A stretch of DNA of 54,026 nucleotides from Acanthaster planci. Taxonomy: Eukaryota. Within the stretch, counting starts at the first letter, position 1, and every line of letters begins with the position of its first letter. Shown one piece after another: positions 1-12,985 of the stretch. The translations under genes were made by a program, and so were the position numbers. The stretch is taken from the NCBI RefSeq assembly GCF_001949145.1, contig NW_019091480.1:1151235-1205260 (forward strand), written 5' to 3'. The notes beneath the pieces were generated by a model. That model saw nothing but the letters and a program-made list of their open reading frames with translations. It was not told the origin of the DNA and made no database searches.

Positions 1-2900
1 ACATCAAGTGTACATACATGTATATGTACACATCAAGTCATGTTGTTCCGCTGGCACTTACCGTACAGCATATTGTTCAACAGTTTATGCATGTATGTAA
101 TTCAGGACTACATGTAGTTTACTCCTTCAAACAGCCCACTGACTGATCGACGAGCACCATGAGAGAAAATGAGTGAGTGTGGTGAAGTCAGAACATGAGC
201 TGCACTTACCAGCCGGTGTTGCTCCAAATATGCGCAGGACTGGTACCTGCTTGACCTCTGATCCCCGAAAGTCTGAGTAGGCCACATCCAGGTCCCTGAC
301 TGGCCGGGCCAGGTAGTGGTTGACCGTTACGATGCGAACGGAAAACATGACGGTCGGGGCGGTGGCAAGTTTACCGGTTACCCAGATGTCATTTCATTAG
401 CAGAACGCTGTGACGAAAAAATTTAAACAGGGCTTAAACCAATGTCACGATCAATCAATTAACAATGGTGCACAGCAAAACAAAAGCCTTCCTCATTTTA
501 ATCTACGTTCATGTACACATAAGTGGTACTAGTACATGTACAATGTACATGTGCAGTACTTCCTTCATACCGGTACATGTTATATCAAATTTAGGTTAAG
601 TTCTTCCACTAAACACTTTGTTGTAGAAGACAGTTCATTTCAGTGAATCGTTCTGCAATTATTCCACTTGACGGTGTTTCCTACACATGTACGTGCACAA
701 AGCGGTACATGTAAGAAAACCATTGTTGTCTGCTGTGGCGAGGTCTATGGTTTTGTACACCCAGGGGGGCAAATGGCAGCCCTCTTCTGTACTTGTATAA
801 TGTAATGGTTCATTATGTAAATCATAAATCACAAATCTGGCATGAAACACACTAAAGGGGGGCTGCATGGATTGAAAAAGCCCCAGCATGACTGGTTTCT
901 TTTGAAAGGTACACAGGTGCCAGATTTAATGTCAAAATGGACGAGGTATGGTACAATATACAATGTACATGTACAGTACGTACACATGTACAAATACATG
1001 TACTGATGTCTGATGCAACAACTTTGTAAGGGCTTGAAGAGTTCTACTGCTTCACTGGGACTACCAGTCCAGTCCACAGGATTAATTATTGATATGCGTC
1101 AAATGTTTCGGGTGGTGAACACCTTGGAAAAAATGAAAACCATTGGGGGAAACACTGAACATGACTGGCCCCTTAAATGACTGTATTTCGCATCCCCCTA
1201 CAAAAAATGATACAATCTTCATTGCACATGTACATGTACATGTATCACTGTGCAACATGTACCAGTACCGGTAGCTACATACATACATGTACAGACATGT
1301 ACATGTTGTTTGGTACATGTTGTTTGCTACATGTATCTGCTTGTGGAAGTCTGTAGCGTACAAAAATGCACTCTACACCGCATACACGTACAATTGGTTG
1401 TATGTACATACATGTACAGTGTCAGAGATACAAATTGGAATCAAAAGCAGAAACACCCAAATTGGAATCATGTACATGTACACGTAGTACACAATGACTG
1501 CAGTAGGCCTTCACCACATGGACATGAGGGATGGGACAATTTTGTTTGTGCGTACATACATGTAAGTCAAGACCATGTTGTGGATATTAGTGAGAAACAA
1601 AACAAAAACAACTACAGGAACATGTACATATGTAAATATGTAAATGTACTTGTACATGTATGTACATGTACATGTAATATACATGTACCATACATGCAGT
1701 ATGTGAGAACTGCATACCCAAGCAGTTTGTGCCAGGGGAAAAAAAGTGACATGGGATTCTTTTTCTCTAATCTCAACATATTTAGGACTATAATAACTCC
1801 TGCATGTACATGTACATGTACATGTATGCAGCAAAACAGATAATGTGCACAATTTATGCATGTATGCATGCTCAAGTACATTTGTATAGTAATAAGAGAC
1901 GATCACCAATGAAGACATTACCTGTACAGGTATGTTTTATGTACCAGTTCTTGTATATGTACATACATGTAAGTACAATGTACAGTACATGTACAGTGTA
2001 CATATGATACATGCACTCGTTCCACATCGGTACGCCGGGGTACCCTTCATCACTGTTCATGGCAATGCACATTTGAAGCTACATGTACATGTAGATATGG
2101 GACGGAAAGAACCCCTCCCCCCACCTTTGAGTTGGTCACTGTTTGATCGGAATCTCAGGAATTCTTTTCAGACTTCTAGGGGGGATGTGTTAGGTAAAAA
2201 TAGTCTAGAGTGTGTGTAGGGATTGGACAGGTAAGGGGGGTACCCCTCCGTCCCATATCTTGCCTGGGATAACAATATGCCGATATGTACATACATGTAC
2301 AGTATTTCAAAGTCCAATGTATCCATTCTCTCATTTTTTAACAGTGTGCAAATGTACATGTACATATACATGTACGCCTTACTGATGAACAATGCCAGAA
2401 ACAGTGTCCTGCACTCTGCAGAAGCACTGCATGATGTACGGTACATGCATGTACATAAATATGTGCATGTACATGAGTGCATCAGAACACACATTGTTTA
2501 CTTTGTAATACAGACACTAATTATTTGTGTAAAGTCTCTTGGTACACGTAAAGTACAGTACCAGTACATTACACACCATTCCTCAATCAGACGATGAGGA
2601 TTTATTTACATGTGTACATGAAGGTGCTGTACATGTACGTGGGTATAATTATTTTCCACACAGTTTGCAATGATATTTGGTGATAAAAATAGACTGAACA
2701 TGCGTACTTTACTTGAAGTTGAAGAGATATATGTCATGTTCTTCATAAAGACATTTTTCAAAACTTCTAAAAGAGTGACTTTGATCACGTAAAATACAAA
2801 TTAGCACCTTAAGATTTATAAAATGATTATATGGCATGTATGGGGATAATTAGGCATAACATGTACTTACATGCACATGTATATTTTTCGACTGATATAT
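1..2900. repeat. Low-complexity zone dominated by TGTACA/ACATGT (TGTACATGTACA...) palindromic hexamer microsatellite blocks. The same motif recurs at about 4420-5230, 5680-5710, 6590-6640 and in many introns.
   Basis: Direct reading shows many runs of tgtacatgtacatgtaca at 1-60, 480-560, 940-1000, 1230-1480, 1620-1700, 1800-2100 and 2340-2480. The long ORFs in this zone (e.g. 1250..1843) are Cys/Thr/Tyr/Met/His-rich translation artefacts of the repeat. Confidence 0.8.
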
Positions 2901-5900
2901 TTTAAAGCACCTAAATAGCTTTTAAAAAATATAAGCCATGAAAAAGAGAGCACAAAATTGACGGAAATTGATGAGAAAAGTTTGGCTCTCTTCATTCTCT
3001 TACTGTTTACATCACCCTCACTATACCAGCATATCTGCCAGGTCTTGTACATTTCGACCACCAAAAATTATTTTTAAGTTTGGCTGCATCAAAAATTTAT
3101 CATGAGTGCAATATGTTTGTTGCCAACGTTATTTTTGACAGAATTTTGATCACCTTCGATAATTTTGACAGAAACTGCATGACGTTCGAGAATGCCGAAA
3201 ATGCTGTCACATGTACAATGTAGTGCTCGAAAAATCCATGCGCGATTTTCATTTTGCTGGTTATCTTGGAGATATGTACATGTAACCATGCTGAAATAAA
3301 ATTAAAATTAACAACTGTGAGCATTAGATTTTCATCACGAATCGTGTTTTATGTCTCGAACGTTATTTTTTGGCGAACATCATTCAGAATGACGGATTTT
3401 CTTTTGGCGGTGCTTTTTTGCACCCTTTTTTAAAGCTTGTGTTGTATATGGATTTTACTCTCTTTTTGCAGTCGATTTTTTTGATACTAATGACAGAATC
3501 AAATGACATTCACGACTGCCGACTTCCGAACCCGATAAATTGTGAGAGGTACTTTTTAATTTTGTGATTATGGTTTTAATAAGTGTAAATATTATCACCT
3601 ATCCCCACATATAAATCTGTGTAAAATAACCTCAGGGATTATCACTCCTCAGTAAATTCTATTGGCTCAGATTTTAACAGGGAGTTCATGTCCCTCAAAA
3701 TTGCTAATGTTTGAGACTTTAATAAATTAACTCCAATTAAGTTGAAAGGTTGACACGGTCATCATTGTTCCAGATATCAGCCATGACTTCCCTCATTACA
3801 TCAAACATTGGAAATTAATTCACTGTTGTTCACTTCAGGAAAAATGAACCCCAAAGTTGAACATTATCTAATAGTCCATATTTTGAGGAACCTGCTATAT
3901 GTATTTAAACATTAGGGTCAGAGCATAAGATCATTAAGAGCTTGCAAGAAGGAAATTTCAAGGTTGACATTAAGGATTTGGCCTGAATCATGAAGCCAAC
4001 AGTATATTCATTCCAAAACAGAAATGTCTCCAGACATTTAACTGGAGCCAGTTTTTATGTAAATGCCACAAATGTGGATCTGTGCACGTTTTCTCCATTT
4101 TCTACTTGCTTTTAACCATCTCATATCCCTTTAAAGGAATCACGTAAATTAATCAGTTTACCACATTCCTTGAAATTGCACCATTGTGTTTTAATGTAAC
4201 CCTTTTGGATTGTTATTTTATTAAATTACATGTATCTGTATTTTGAAGGAATTTTGGTGTTATGCAAATGAAAAGTTTGCAGAACTGTGACATCATCCCA
4301 GGCACTGAACCTCAGACTTGAACTGATTTGTGCACACACATAAAACTATATGTTTTGCTGTTCCTTTGATAATTTACAAGGCATTAATGTTTTAAAAAGT
4401 GGGATTATCAGTGCACTTACATGTACTGTATACATGTACATGTTCATGTAGAGTATGTAACCTCAAACATGTCAAAAGGATTTCAATACAATTTTCACAA
4501 GATGTACAAAATGTGAGTCCCAGAAAAAAATCATTGCATGGATCCTTCAATATAAAAGATCAATCATTTCAATGACTTTCAGGTTCCCTCAACTTAATGT
4601 ATATGTACCGGGTACACATACATGTAACACGCACCTTCATGTATACTGGTATCAGGTACGTGTACATGCAGATGTGTACCATACCAGTGCATGGACATGT
4701 AATTGCCAACACTGTAACCATTCACATGTAAATCACCCCTATTTCAGACTAGACACCAAGACGGACCTACCGGTCATTTATCACCATGGTAATGACAATA
4801 AATCCTATTTGGCCACGAACCCTTCTTTCGCTATCGCCACGACAACCAGCCATTTGTAGACAAATGAGTTCCAAACCTTTAAGTAATCTTAAGAGACGTG
4901 AATGTGCATGTACACGTACAATATCTACAATGCACACGGTATGTTGTGTACATGCACCTGTATGTACATGTACTTGGCACAGGTACATGTATATTAGAAA
5001 ACATGACATTCATTGAAATGGATGATAAAAGTGTACCAAGTACCAAAACAGTTTTAAGAATGTTGTTTTGATGTTGGTCATTTTTGCAGTTCTTCATTTA
5101 TTATTTCATCCCCAATCAGTTGCTTACAGAGTAAATTTCATTATTATATACATGTACATGTATTTACAGTTCATCCGACTTTACACTGGTACCAACGAGT
5201 CTTTCTTGAGGCACATGTACATGTATACTACACACTGAACGGTTGTCATAGAAACCACGCGCTGACATCACGGCCAAGGTCTGGAGCATCCACCAGAACA
5301 TTGCTATATGAGCATGGGGTGTAAACATGGTAAACAACACTGCCTGCAAGTTCATTATAAATGTGCCATTTCCTTGGCAACGTTTTGCCTCTTAATACCA
5401 TGCTTATTACTGGTCACTGCATACAGCTTCATGCATACATGGACATGTTCTTGATGGTTTAGAGACTTTGATGGTGCCATGGCAACCTTGACTCAGCTAC
5501 ACCTACAGTCACTGTACAGGTGCATGCACACGTGCATTGATTTTAACCTGGTGTTCCTGTTACTTTAAATGTGAACAATTCCCGCAAATAAAAGACCACG
5601 ACAAAGTTGCAAAACGCCAGCTATTATAAAATCCTAGGGTTCGCTTAAGGAGTAATAAAGATGCTGGGTGTGTACATGTACATATATACTTCTTACCTGT
5701 ACATGCATGCCGTGAAAGCTGCTGCCTAAAACTTTTATTATACATTTTTGTCATTATTTCTACGCAAAAGGCACTTTGTGACTCAGCCCGAGTTAAGAAT
5801 CATTGGCCAAGTCACAGATCAAATGCCAAGTCCACTCAAAAAGCGTAACAATGGCGTACTACGGTGCAAACCTTTTGTGTTGTGTTGAATGACATGATTG

Positions 5901-7319
5901 GTCCATTCACTTGCATGGGCTGGGACCCGACCAATGGGGAACAGTGGCTTTTCCTCAGGCACATTTTTATTTCTTTGACCCGATGGAACATGCACTTATG
6001 GCTTGAAGTTAGAAGTTGAGTGATACATGTATCTTTAAATGGAAAAAGTGTTATTACAAAATAATGAAAAGTAGCCTTGTATTTTCAAAAATGCAGTGGC
6101 TCTTGTCTTAGGAGTTTAGACAGGTTTCTGTCCACTTTTTTTTGCAGTAGTCTGGAGCACTGGAAACAGGAAGCAGACCAATCTACAACAAATGGATCTC
6201 AGACTTTATTTCCCTTTAAAAAGGGTCCCTTGAAGATACAAATCTTCCCCCGCCCCCAAAAAAGAAAAAGTGTATTGAAAGTAAACACACAATCTGACTG
6301 AATGGAAAACGAGAAACAGGAAAAATCGAACATGGACCAGACTCGATCCCTGCATGCTGGGATTACAGAACAGTGCATGTGCATACTGATGGGGCTATTG
6401 GTACTAGCATGCTACAACGTTGATTGAAAAATTGAAACCTTACTGTACTGGCAATGACAAATGTGCAATGCTGTAACTCTAGAATTTGGAAGTACCGTTA
6501 CAGTTACATGTACATGGACTAGGCCTAATAGCCACTTTGTTTCAAAAATTTCGGGGCATATATCTAAGTAGCACTATGACTTTCATTCTTATAGCCTGTA
6601 GTCATACATGTACATGTACGTGTACATTTAGCAGAGACTTTTGAGGCCTTTACTGACAGAAATGCCAGCTTTTCAAAATTGTGATACATGTATGTGATTA
6701 ATGTGGTTGCTTGACCACAGATTTCCCAGACGTCTCTATACATTATCTCAGATGCGTGCGGATTGTCAAGAGATGAGAGGTTGAGGATGGTAGAAAAAAC
6801 CTCATTTTGTGCCAATAATATACATCTAGGTTAAACGCAACAAAGAACAATCATGCCAGTAGTTCCATATACCGGTAGGTTAGTATTAATTTGTAGGGTC
6901 TTTAGGGGAAGATTTGCTTCAGAAAGCATAGACGGAGGTTTCATTTTGTACTCCAACTTGGCACAATGGCAGCTTTCAAATGCCCTAGTGTGCAGAACCA
7001 TCAACAACGTGGCGTGCAGTAAGGTCTACTGAGTAGTACCTTACTGTCCAGGAAGTACCCATGATCCAGGCAACTACCCTGATGGTACGCATACCCCAGA
7101 ACTGTGTGGGGTTCTTCGTGGCCAGGAGTATCGTGCATACATGTATGTTACTGCCCAACTACAGCACAGAGGTCCGGTGTGCATGAGCCCAGCATACTCT
7201 GCATGTGCCAAAGTCATATCGTTTACAATGTCATGTCATAAATGAAGTGCCATATTTTAGATGAAACTGTGTCAACATGGTCAAGTGTAAAATTTATAAA
7301 CTTGGATAAGGTTGAGAAA

Positions 7320-7432
7320 TTTTCCATAGAAATCGGTCAACAATAGTTGGGCCAGCCCAACATGCCAAACTGCAGCACTATAGTTGGAACTCCCAGATAT
7401 AGTTGGGACAGACGCTTTAGTTGGGGCCTACC
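7320..7432. repeat. Four spaced copies of tagttggg/tagttgga at intervals of about 25-35 bp
   Basis: The copies are caatagttgggcc, ctatagttggaac, atatagttgggac and tttagttggggc. Confidence 0.5.
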
Positions 7433-7478
7433 ACGGTACTAAACAGTAACACATACATGTACATGTATGAATGTTAGC

Positions 7479-7557
7479 CCCAGCACTAGTGTGGCACGGA
7501 CTCTCGCTATCCATCCTAAAGGATGGAGCGGTAGCGAGAGTCCGTGCCACACTGGGG
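7479..7557. mobile_element. Short hairpin/palindromic element (MITE-like) with imperfect inverted arms of about 38 bp around a taaa loop and TA dinucleotides on both flanks
   Basis: The left arm cccagcactagtgtggcacggactctcgctatccatcc pairs with the right arm ggatggagcggtagcgagagtccgtgccacactggggc. The 20-bp core tgtggcacggactctcgcta is perfectly complementary. The flanks are ..gtTA and TAgt... Confidence 0.45.
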
Positions 7558-8620
7558 CTAGTATGATAGGCCTACATGTACATACGATCTGACGATGGTC
7601 TGACGGTGAGCCCGAACTCGCTCACCAACATAACGAAGAGCACTTGAGTGCAATTTTGATCACCACAGCATCTGTCAAATACCGAATACCTTGTCTTCAT
7701 TCTTTTCGGAACTAAGTCAAGATCTAAGTGATACAGCTTAAGGAAGATATGTGCTGTATACTCCAAGATAAGTGGGAAATTCTCACCTGCAATTTCAAAA
7801 CACCGACACACCTTCCAGCCCTCCGCATACATGGCGTATCCGATCATTATGCTCTGTACATTGTACGCAATGCATGTGCAAGTACACAGTGACCATACCG
7901 CTTGCACATTAATTTTGTGTACAATGTACACGTCAGAACTTGTAGTTGTACGTAACTGGCTGTTGGAAAATTAATTCAACGGAGGGCGCTCGAGTCACAA
8001 CAATAACTTCTGCATTGAAGAATTTATAGTGAAATATGCATATGAAGCTCAATTCTGCAAATCAACGATACGCTTTGGCATGACAAAAAACTGGTACTAG
8101 AAACGCTATGCATGGTGATAACACATTGCATGGGAACCAGTTCTTTAGTAGTCTTGCTTCGTGCGGCACCGTTCCCCTACTAACAGCGCTAACCTGGATG
8201 GGGCTCAAACCAACTTGCAATTTTTGCACATGGGCCTACTATTAGAAAGGGTATTAATCCATGTCCCTTTCTGTAGGACGAAGTTTGTCAACCATGCACA
8301 GTCCTCTACCCGATCAATCATGGGCATCCCTGCACATGCAGGGTGAAGCATTGGTATCCTCATCAACTTGACACGCTCAATTAACCCGGGACAACAATGC
8401 ATGAGTGATGGCCACTGAAAATTGAAAGGAAAATGAAAGATGAGACAGTGAACTATTTTGATGATGTGTTTTGAACACCTGTTAAAATGTGAGTATATTT
8501 ACTGATTTTTGGTGGGGACATTGGGGATCGACAAGTAGGGACATTATCAATGTTGTATATGGCAGCTAATTTTCTTGTCTGTACCCCTGTGGGGCCTATG
8601 GGGGGGATCAACGGTTTCGA

Positions 8621-8706
8621 GTCAACTCGGACCCAAACCAACTCGGACCCACAACCAACTCGGATCCAATACTAACTCGGACCCAAGACCAACTCGGACC
8701 CAACCC
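8621..8706. repeat. Minisatellite array of about 5 copies of a 16-17-bp unit NNNccaactcggaccc, the C-rich orientation
   Basis: The array reads tcaactcggacccaaaccaactcggacccacaaccaactcggatccaatactaactcggacccaagaccaactcggacccaacccc. Confidence 0.85.
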
Positions 8707-9992
8707 CAGGAGCGTGATTAACTTGTTGAAAATGTTTATTTTGTCCACTTTTACATTTTAGCATTTGGTAAATGACACTTTTGCACTGCATGCTGCCTAG
8801 ATTTAACGTCCTCTCTACACGTTATGCATGGAAACAGTGGCACAGGCTTCCCAGAATTTTTCCGTTTTCGAGTTTGAACAGGCATGGTGGTTAAAAACCG
8901 TACACTAGGACTAGATTTGATATCAGTGATGTCTTGGAACAAGTGATAAGTAACCGACGAGCGTCATATTTTTATGGAGGCACATTTCCTTTTATGTCTT
9001 ATTTGCCGCTTGTTATCTGGAATCTTAATTTGTAATCTTCCATTCTTGAAACCCTATGATCGGGGAGTGGGAGCTTGGGACAACCAATGGGAGCAGCTTT
9101 TGCAGTGTGATTGACAGTACCATGTCATTGACGCCGCAGTTTTTAGGCACTCCAGATCACCAGCAGAATTCGAATGAACTTTCACCAAACAGCCCCCAAA
9201 GTTTTTGTTGCAATAAAAAGCCACAGATAGGCCTTCTGATGTACATAAGATATACTGCATACGTACAACAGATACTGCAGATATACATCAATGTCACGAA
9301 CATTGACCTTTTACAGTGTCTAATGGTGTTATCCCCCACCTCACTTTTCATTTTTTTTTTGGCCTGACAAGTCTTACACCTTCACCTTGCCCCATCCCCC
9401 CGAATACCGGCAAAATTTAGGCAGATGGAGGAATTCATCCATTCAGGCCTAAGCTGACTCTTCAAATAACTCAAATAGGTTGGTAATCTTGAACAACACA
9501 AATCAAATCATTTTAAAATAAAAATGTGGAATATTTCCTATTGGCTTAAACTTGGAGACGGTTTTGAAGCGTCGTATGTCTGCTTGCGAGCTCGTTATTA
9601 ACATTTTGTGATCCCACGGTTTCTTATTTTCTGCAATAAGACGTGCCATAATCACGAGGGATCATAGAATTATTTATATAAATCTCGAATTTGGGATTGA
9701 TAGTTTCCGGTTCAGAGTATTTCTTTCACAAAAATCCCTACAATGCGGGCCTATTTTGGATAGAGGCAGGCGGGTACATTCATATGAGCGCATAGTTTTA
9801 CTACTATTAGGGGGGTATCTTCGGGAAAAGGCGAATAAAAAAGTTCATAAAATTGAAACGAAAAGTGATCAATCTGGCCATAATCTTGAAATTCCAGCCA
9901 AAAAAATGAAGACCAACCTCTTCGCGAGGTTCAAGAGTTGGCACTATTTTGGTCTACGGGCGCGTATTTGGTGTAATGCAACCTTGAGGCTG

Positions 9993-10195
9993 AGTGGGTC
10001 CGAGTTGACTCGAGGTGGGTCCGAAATGGCGTGGGTCCGAATTGACGTGGGTCCGAGTTGGTTGTGGGTCATAGATGGTGGTGGGTCCGAGTTAGTATTG
10101 GGTCCGAGTTGGCGTGGGTCCGAGTTGGTCCTGGGTCCAAGTTGGCATGGGTCCGAGTTGGAATGGGTCCGAGTTGGTTTGGGTCCGAGTTGACC
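9993..10195. repeat. Minisatellite array of about 12 copies of the same 16-17-bp unit in inverted orientation (gggtccgagttggNNN)
   Basis: The array reads gggtccgagttgactcgaggtgggtccgaaatggcgtgggtccgaattgacgtgggtccgagttggttgtggg...gggtccgagttgacc. It is the reverse complement of the 8621-8706 array. ORF 9756..10193 is the periodic GPSW/GSEL translation artefact of this array. Confidence 0.85.
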
Positions 10196-12039
10196 TGATC
10201 CCGGATCAACTGTCCTAATCAACCATTTAATGCACAAGGTCAAAAGCAAGGCTCGCATTTCCAAAGAAAGCACAACGACTGCTGTAGAGACTACAGGTAC
10301 CAGATTTATCAACAACGACCTTCACGCTTGGCCCGCACGACATAAAATAAACTTGTACAACCAAAGAGCAAGGACCCACCAAATCCTGTATCTTCATCAA
10401 CTTTTCATAGATGCGCTTTAAACTTGTTCCAGACTTTGCAGTCACATATACCCGCATCCATTATTCTTAAGCTGTAATACTGAAAATGCCGTTCATTTTT
10501 GACAATAATTTCTGAAGTTCTAAAGTATCGAGAAACGAAAACATAGGACTGGAAATTCTCTATGGTTTAAAGCGCGTAATTTCTATGAATAGAAACAGTC
10601 TAAAAATAGCAGTATGAAGTGAAAGAAGATGATTCGGTGAGGGTGTAGGCTGTACGGTTGCTCAAGTTTTTCACGATCAACTTGAAGGTTTTTATGGAAC
10701 GATCACTGACGATCGAATTCCTTCATTGCATCGTGTAGAAAGGAGACGTAAGTGTGCTTTTCTCGAGCTCCGTGGGATAATCTCCTTCCTCCAGAGCGAA
10801 CAGAATTAGACATGTTACTGTAGTGTTAGATGTAGGCCTAGCCTTATCACCAGCTGGCCCGATCCCGAGGCCTTCCGTAGGACTGATTTTGCACAACTGT
10901 GGAAAGGCATTGTGGGAAGGGAAAAGGACAATGTTTGCCCCTTTTCCCTGCCCAAACGATGCCTTTATACTATTGTGCAAAATCACTCTTGTGGTCTGAC
11001 AATTGACATGTTCTGAATGGGTGGTCTGTGAGGCTGAAGTTAGGCCTTATTTGCTTGTTTGACCTTCGGCGTTCGACATGTTCGATTTTAAACAAGCACT
11101 GATGGTAGGCCAACTGTTCGATGATGTTCAACAAGTAAGTAGGCCCATGGCCAAGCCGTTTGACATTCAAGATGCACATCCCAAAGAGCGAGGGAGTGTA
11201 AAAGGGACAAAAAACAAACTGTGCCAACTATACATTTCACGGCTTGTTGGACCCCGAAAAACCCCATGCCCCGCGGGTTGCAAGGAGTCGACGATGATTG
11301 AGGAGAACATGACATCAGATTAAATGTAATCCCAGGTGGGGCATGGGGTTTGGGTATTTAATTTCGCTTTGAAATAAGAAGTGTGATGCATTAACTTTCC
11401 CACTCTGGTTTGCAAGCCAAGAATTCAACCGACAAGACAAGTCCTTTTTGTCAAAGCCATTTTGACCTTGGTAATCTGCCTTTGCCCTGGTTGAAATGGA
11501 GGTTAAGAGGCGGGGCGTGGGATTGATGTATATCATTTGATTGACTGAAATAGTTTTTATGAAACGGCAAGTACACATGCATATACATGTAACACTAACC
11601 GTTTTTTCCCTCTAATAATTATACTGATTGTAAAAACATCGCCTACATTTTCAGGGTTTGTTTGACCCTGAAAAGCCCCATGCCCAAGGTTCCCTCTGGG
11701 AGACTTGAGTTGTTTGTGTACACACATCACTGTGAATGGCACGTACAATACATAATGTATAAATAGGATAGATATATGGGTGCATGGCAGAGTTTGGGTT
11801 TTTTTTTGTGCTTTTTGCACTCTAGTCTCTTAGAGATAAGCATCCATCCTCAAATAGTTACCTGTTCAACGTTCAAATATCAAACGGTTACTTGTTCAAC
11901 ATTGAATGTCAAATGTCAAACAAGGAACGAGGAACTACATGGTCTGTGACAAGTCTGATGTCTTGTGGTCGATCGGTGGTGACTTTGCTATATGTACATG
12001 TACCGCCAGAACTGTGAGGTCCAATATCCGCCCCGCTCC

Positions 12040-12095
12040 CACAAACAGGGCGGACGTCGGACCCCCACAAGCGGGGCGGACGTCGGACCCCACAG
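12040..12095 (+). promoter_or_regulatory. GC-rich tandem duplication of two 27-28-bp units, each carrying a GGGCGG (Sp1-type GC box), about 0.9 kb upstream of the PARP4 start codon
   Basis: cacaaacagggcggacgtcggaccccca is followed by caagcggggcggacgtcggaccccaca. Just 5' of these, ccgccccgctccc is a GC box on the opposite strand. Confidence 0.4.
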
Positions 12096-12410
12096 TGACA
12101 GTGACTTCGCCTGTTACTTTTCTCCATGATTCAGTCATGTCCATGGACGTTGAAAAGTTTCGGCCTGCAGGTACCCCCAAGCAGGCCCAGGCAAGGGCCA
12201 ACTTGAACCAAGCCCATTTTTTAAATCAAATTTTTTCAAATTTAAATGAACAACTTTTCAACCACGTGTACGTGTCATGTCAGAAAAAAAAATCATTAGC
12301 CACTTTCACAGAGCATATTGTTTTGGTTGACATGGACTGGTGTGTTATCTGCAGATAAAAGGAGTTGAACTTGCTGTCTTTGGAGAAAAATTTTGGGTGA
12401 TTTGGAGCAC

Positions 12411-12418
12411 TATAAATA
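12411..12418 (+). promoter_or_regulatory. TATA-box candidate (TATAAATA) for the PARP4-like gene, with a possible short non-coding first exon ending at a GT donor near 12471
   Basis: The context is gcacTATAAATAatcgg. The string gctttag|gtttgt at about 12470 could be a donor that pairs with the acceptor tttgcag at 12976-12982, just 5' of the ATG at 12986. Confidence 0.3.
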
Positions 12419-12985
12419 ATCGGTTAGAGGGTGCCATGGTGAGAGATACTTGGGAAACATTTTGCTTTAGGTTTGTGTGAAATCACAAAGAGCCGCTTCT
12501 TTTAAACCTGCCCCCTGAGTTCCCTAAATTCCTTGGGGCTCCAAAGATGTAAAACAAAAGTGGCCAGTGAGTATGAAGGTTTCGTGTCATGTCCTTACAT
12601 GTACATGTACTTTGATCCCATTTTTTCACTTATCACTTTATTATTATTTATCTTCCTTTGCAACTTATTTATATTTACATGTACCTTTTAATTTTTTTTC
12701 ATTCTTCATTATTCTGTGTTTGTCCTACATGTACGTGTGCACTTGGGGTATTACAGTTTGCAAACTTAACGTAGCACACACGGGTCTCATACTCGACAAC
12801 CTTTTTTTTTACAAGACCCCTGCTCCTTAAAAGGATGTTGGTAAGCAGGATTGGGCTGGAAAATTCCAAAGCTTTGTCAGAATTCAGAAAAATCCAGAAC
12901 TAAAGGAAAGTGATTGGACTACGGTATGTCCCAGTTTGATCACATTTTCATCCTGCGTGCTGGTGCTTGGTGATATTTGCAGGGG

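Larger units (their letters stand above)
8621..10195. mobile_element. Candidate foldback-like (FB-type) element. Two inverted tandem-subrepeat arrays flank about 1.29 kb of non-coding DNA.
   Basis: The arrays at 8621-8706 and 9993-10195 are in inverted orientation, so the terminal inverted repeats are themselves built from tandem subrepeats. This is the defining architecture of foldback transposons. No transposase-like ORF lies between them. Confidence 0.35.

Noticed and set aside
1250-1843. ORF of 197 aa rich in C/T/Y/M/H/V, together with overlapping ORFs on both strands
   Set aside because: They are produced by TGTACATGTACA microsatellite runs. The composition is purely repeat-driven and reciprocal ORFs occur on both strands.
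5800-5950. Cluster of CCAAT/ATTGG motifs (attggccaag, ccaatggcg, gattggtcc, ccaatgggg) as a possible promoter
   Set aside because: There is no nearby ORF or exon to assign it to, and such short motifs occur by chance in AT-rich DNA. It is kept only as a note.
9756-10193. ORF of 145 aa with periodic GPSW/GSEL repeats
   Set aside because: It is a translation artefact of the 16-17-bp gggtccgagttgg minisatellite and has no start or splice context.
11906-12358. ORF of 150 aa upstream of PARP4
   Set aside because: It overlaps the duplicated GC-box units and an opposite-strand ORF, it has no recognisable domain, and it is better explained as promoter or CpG-like sequence.
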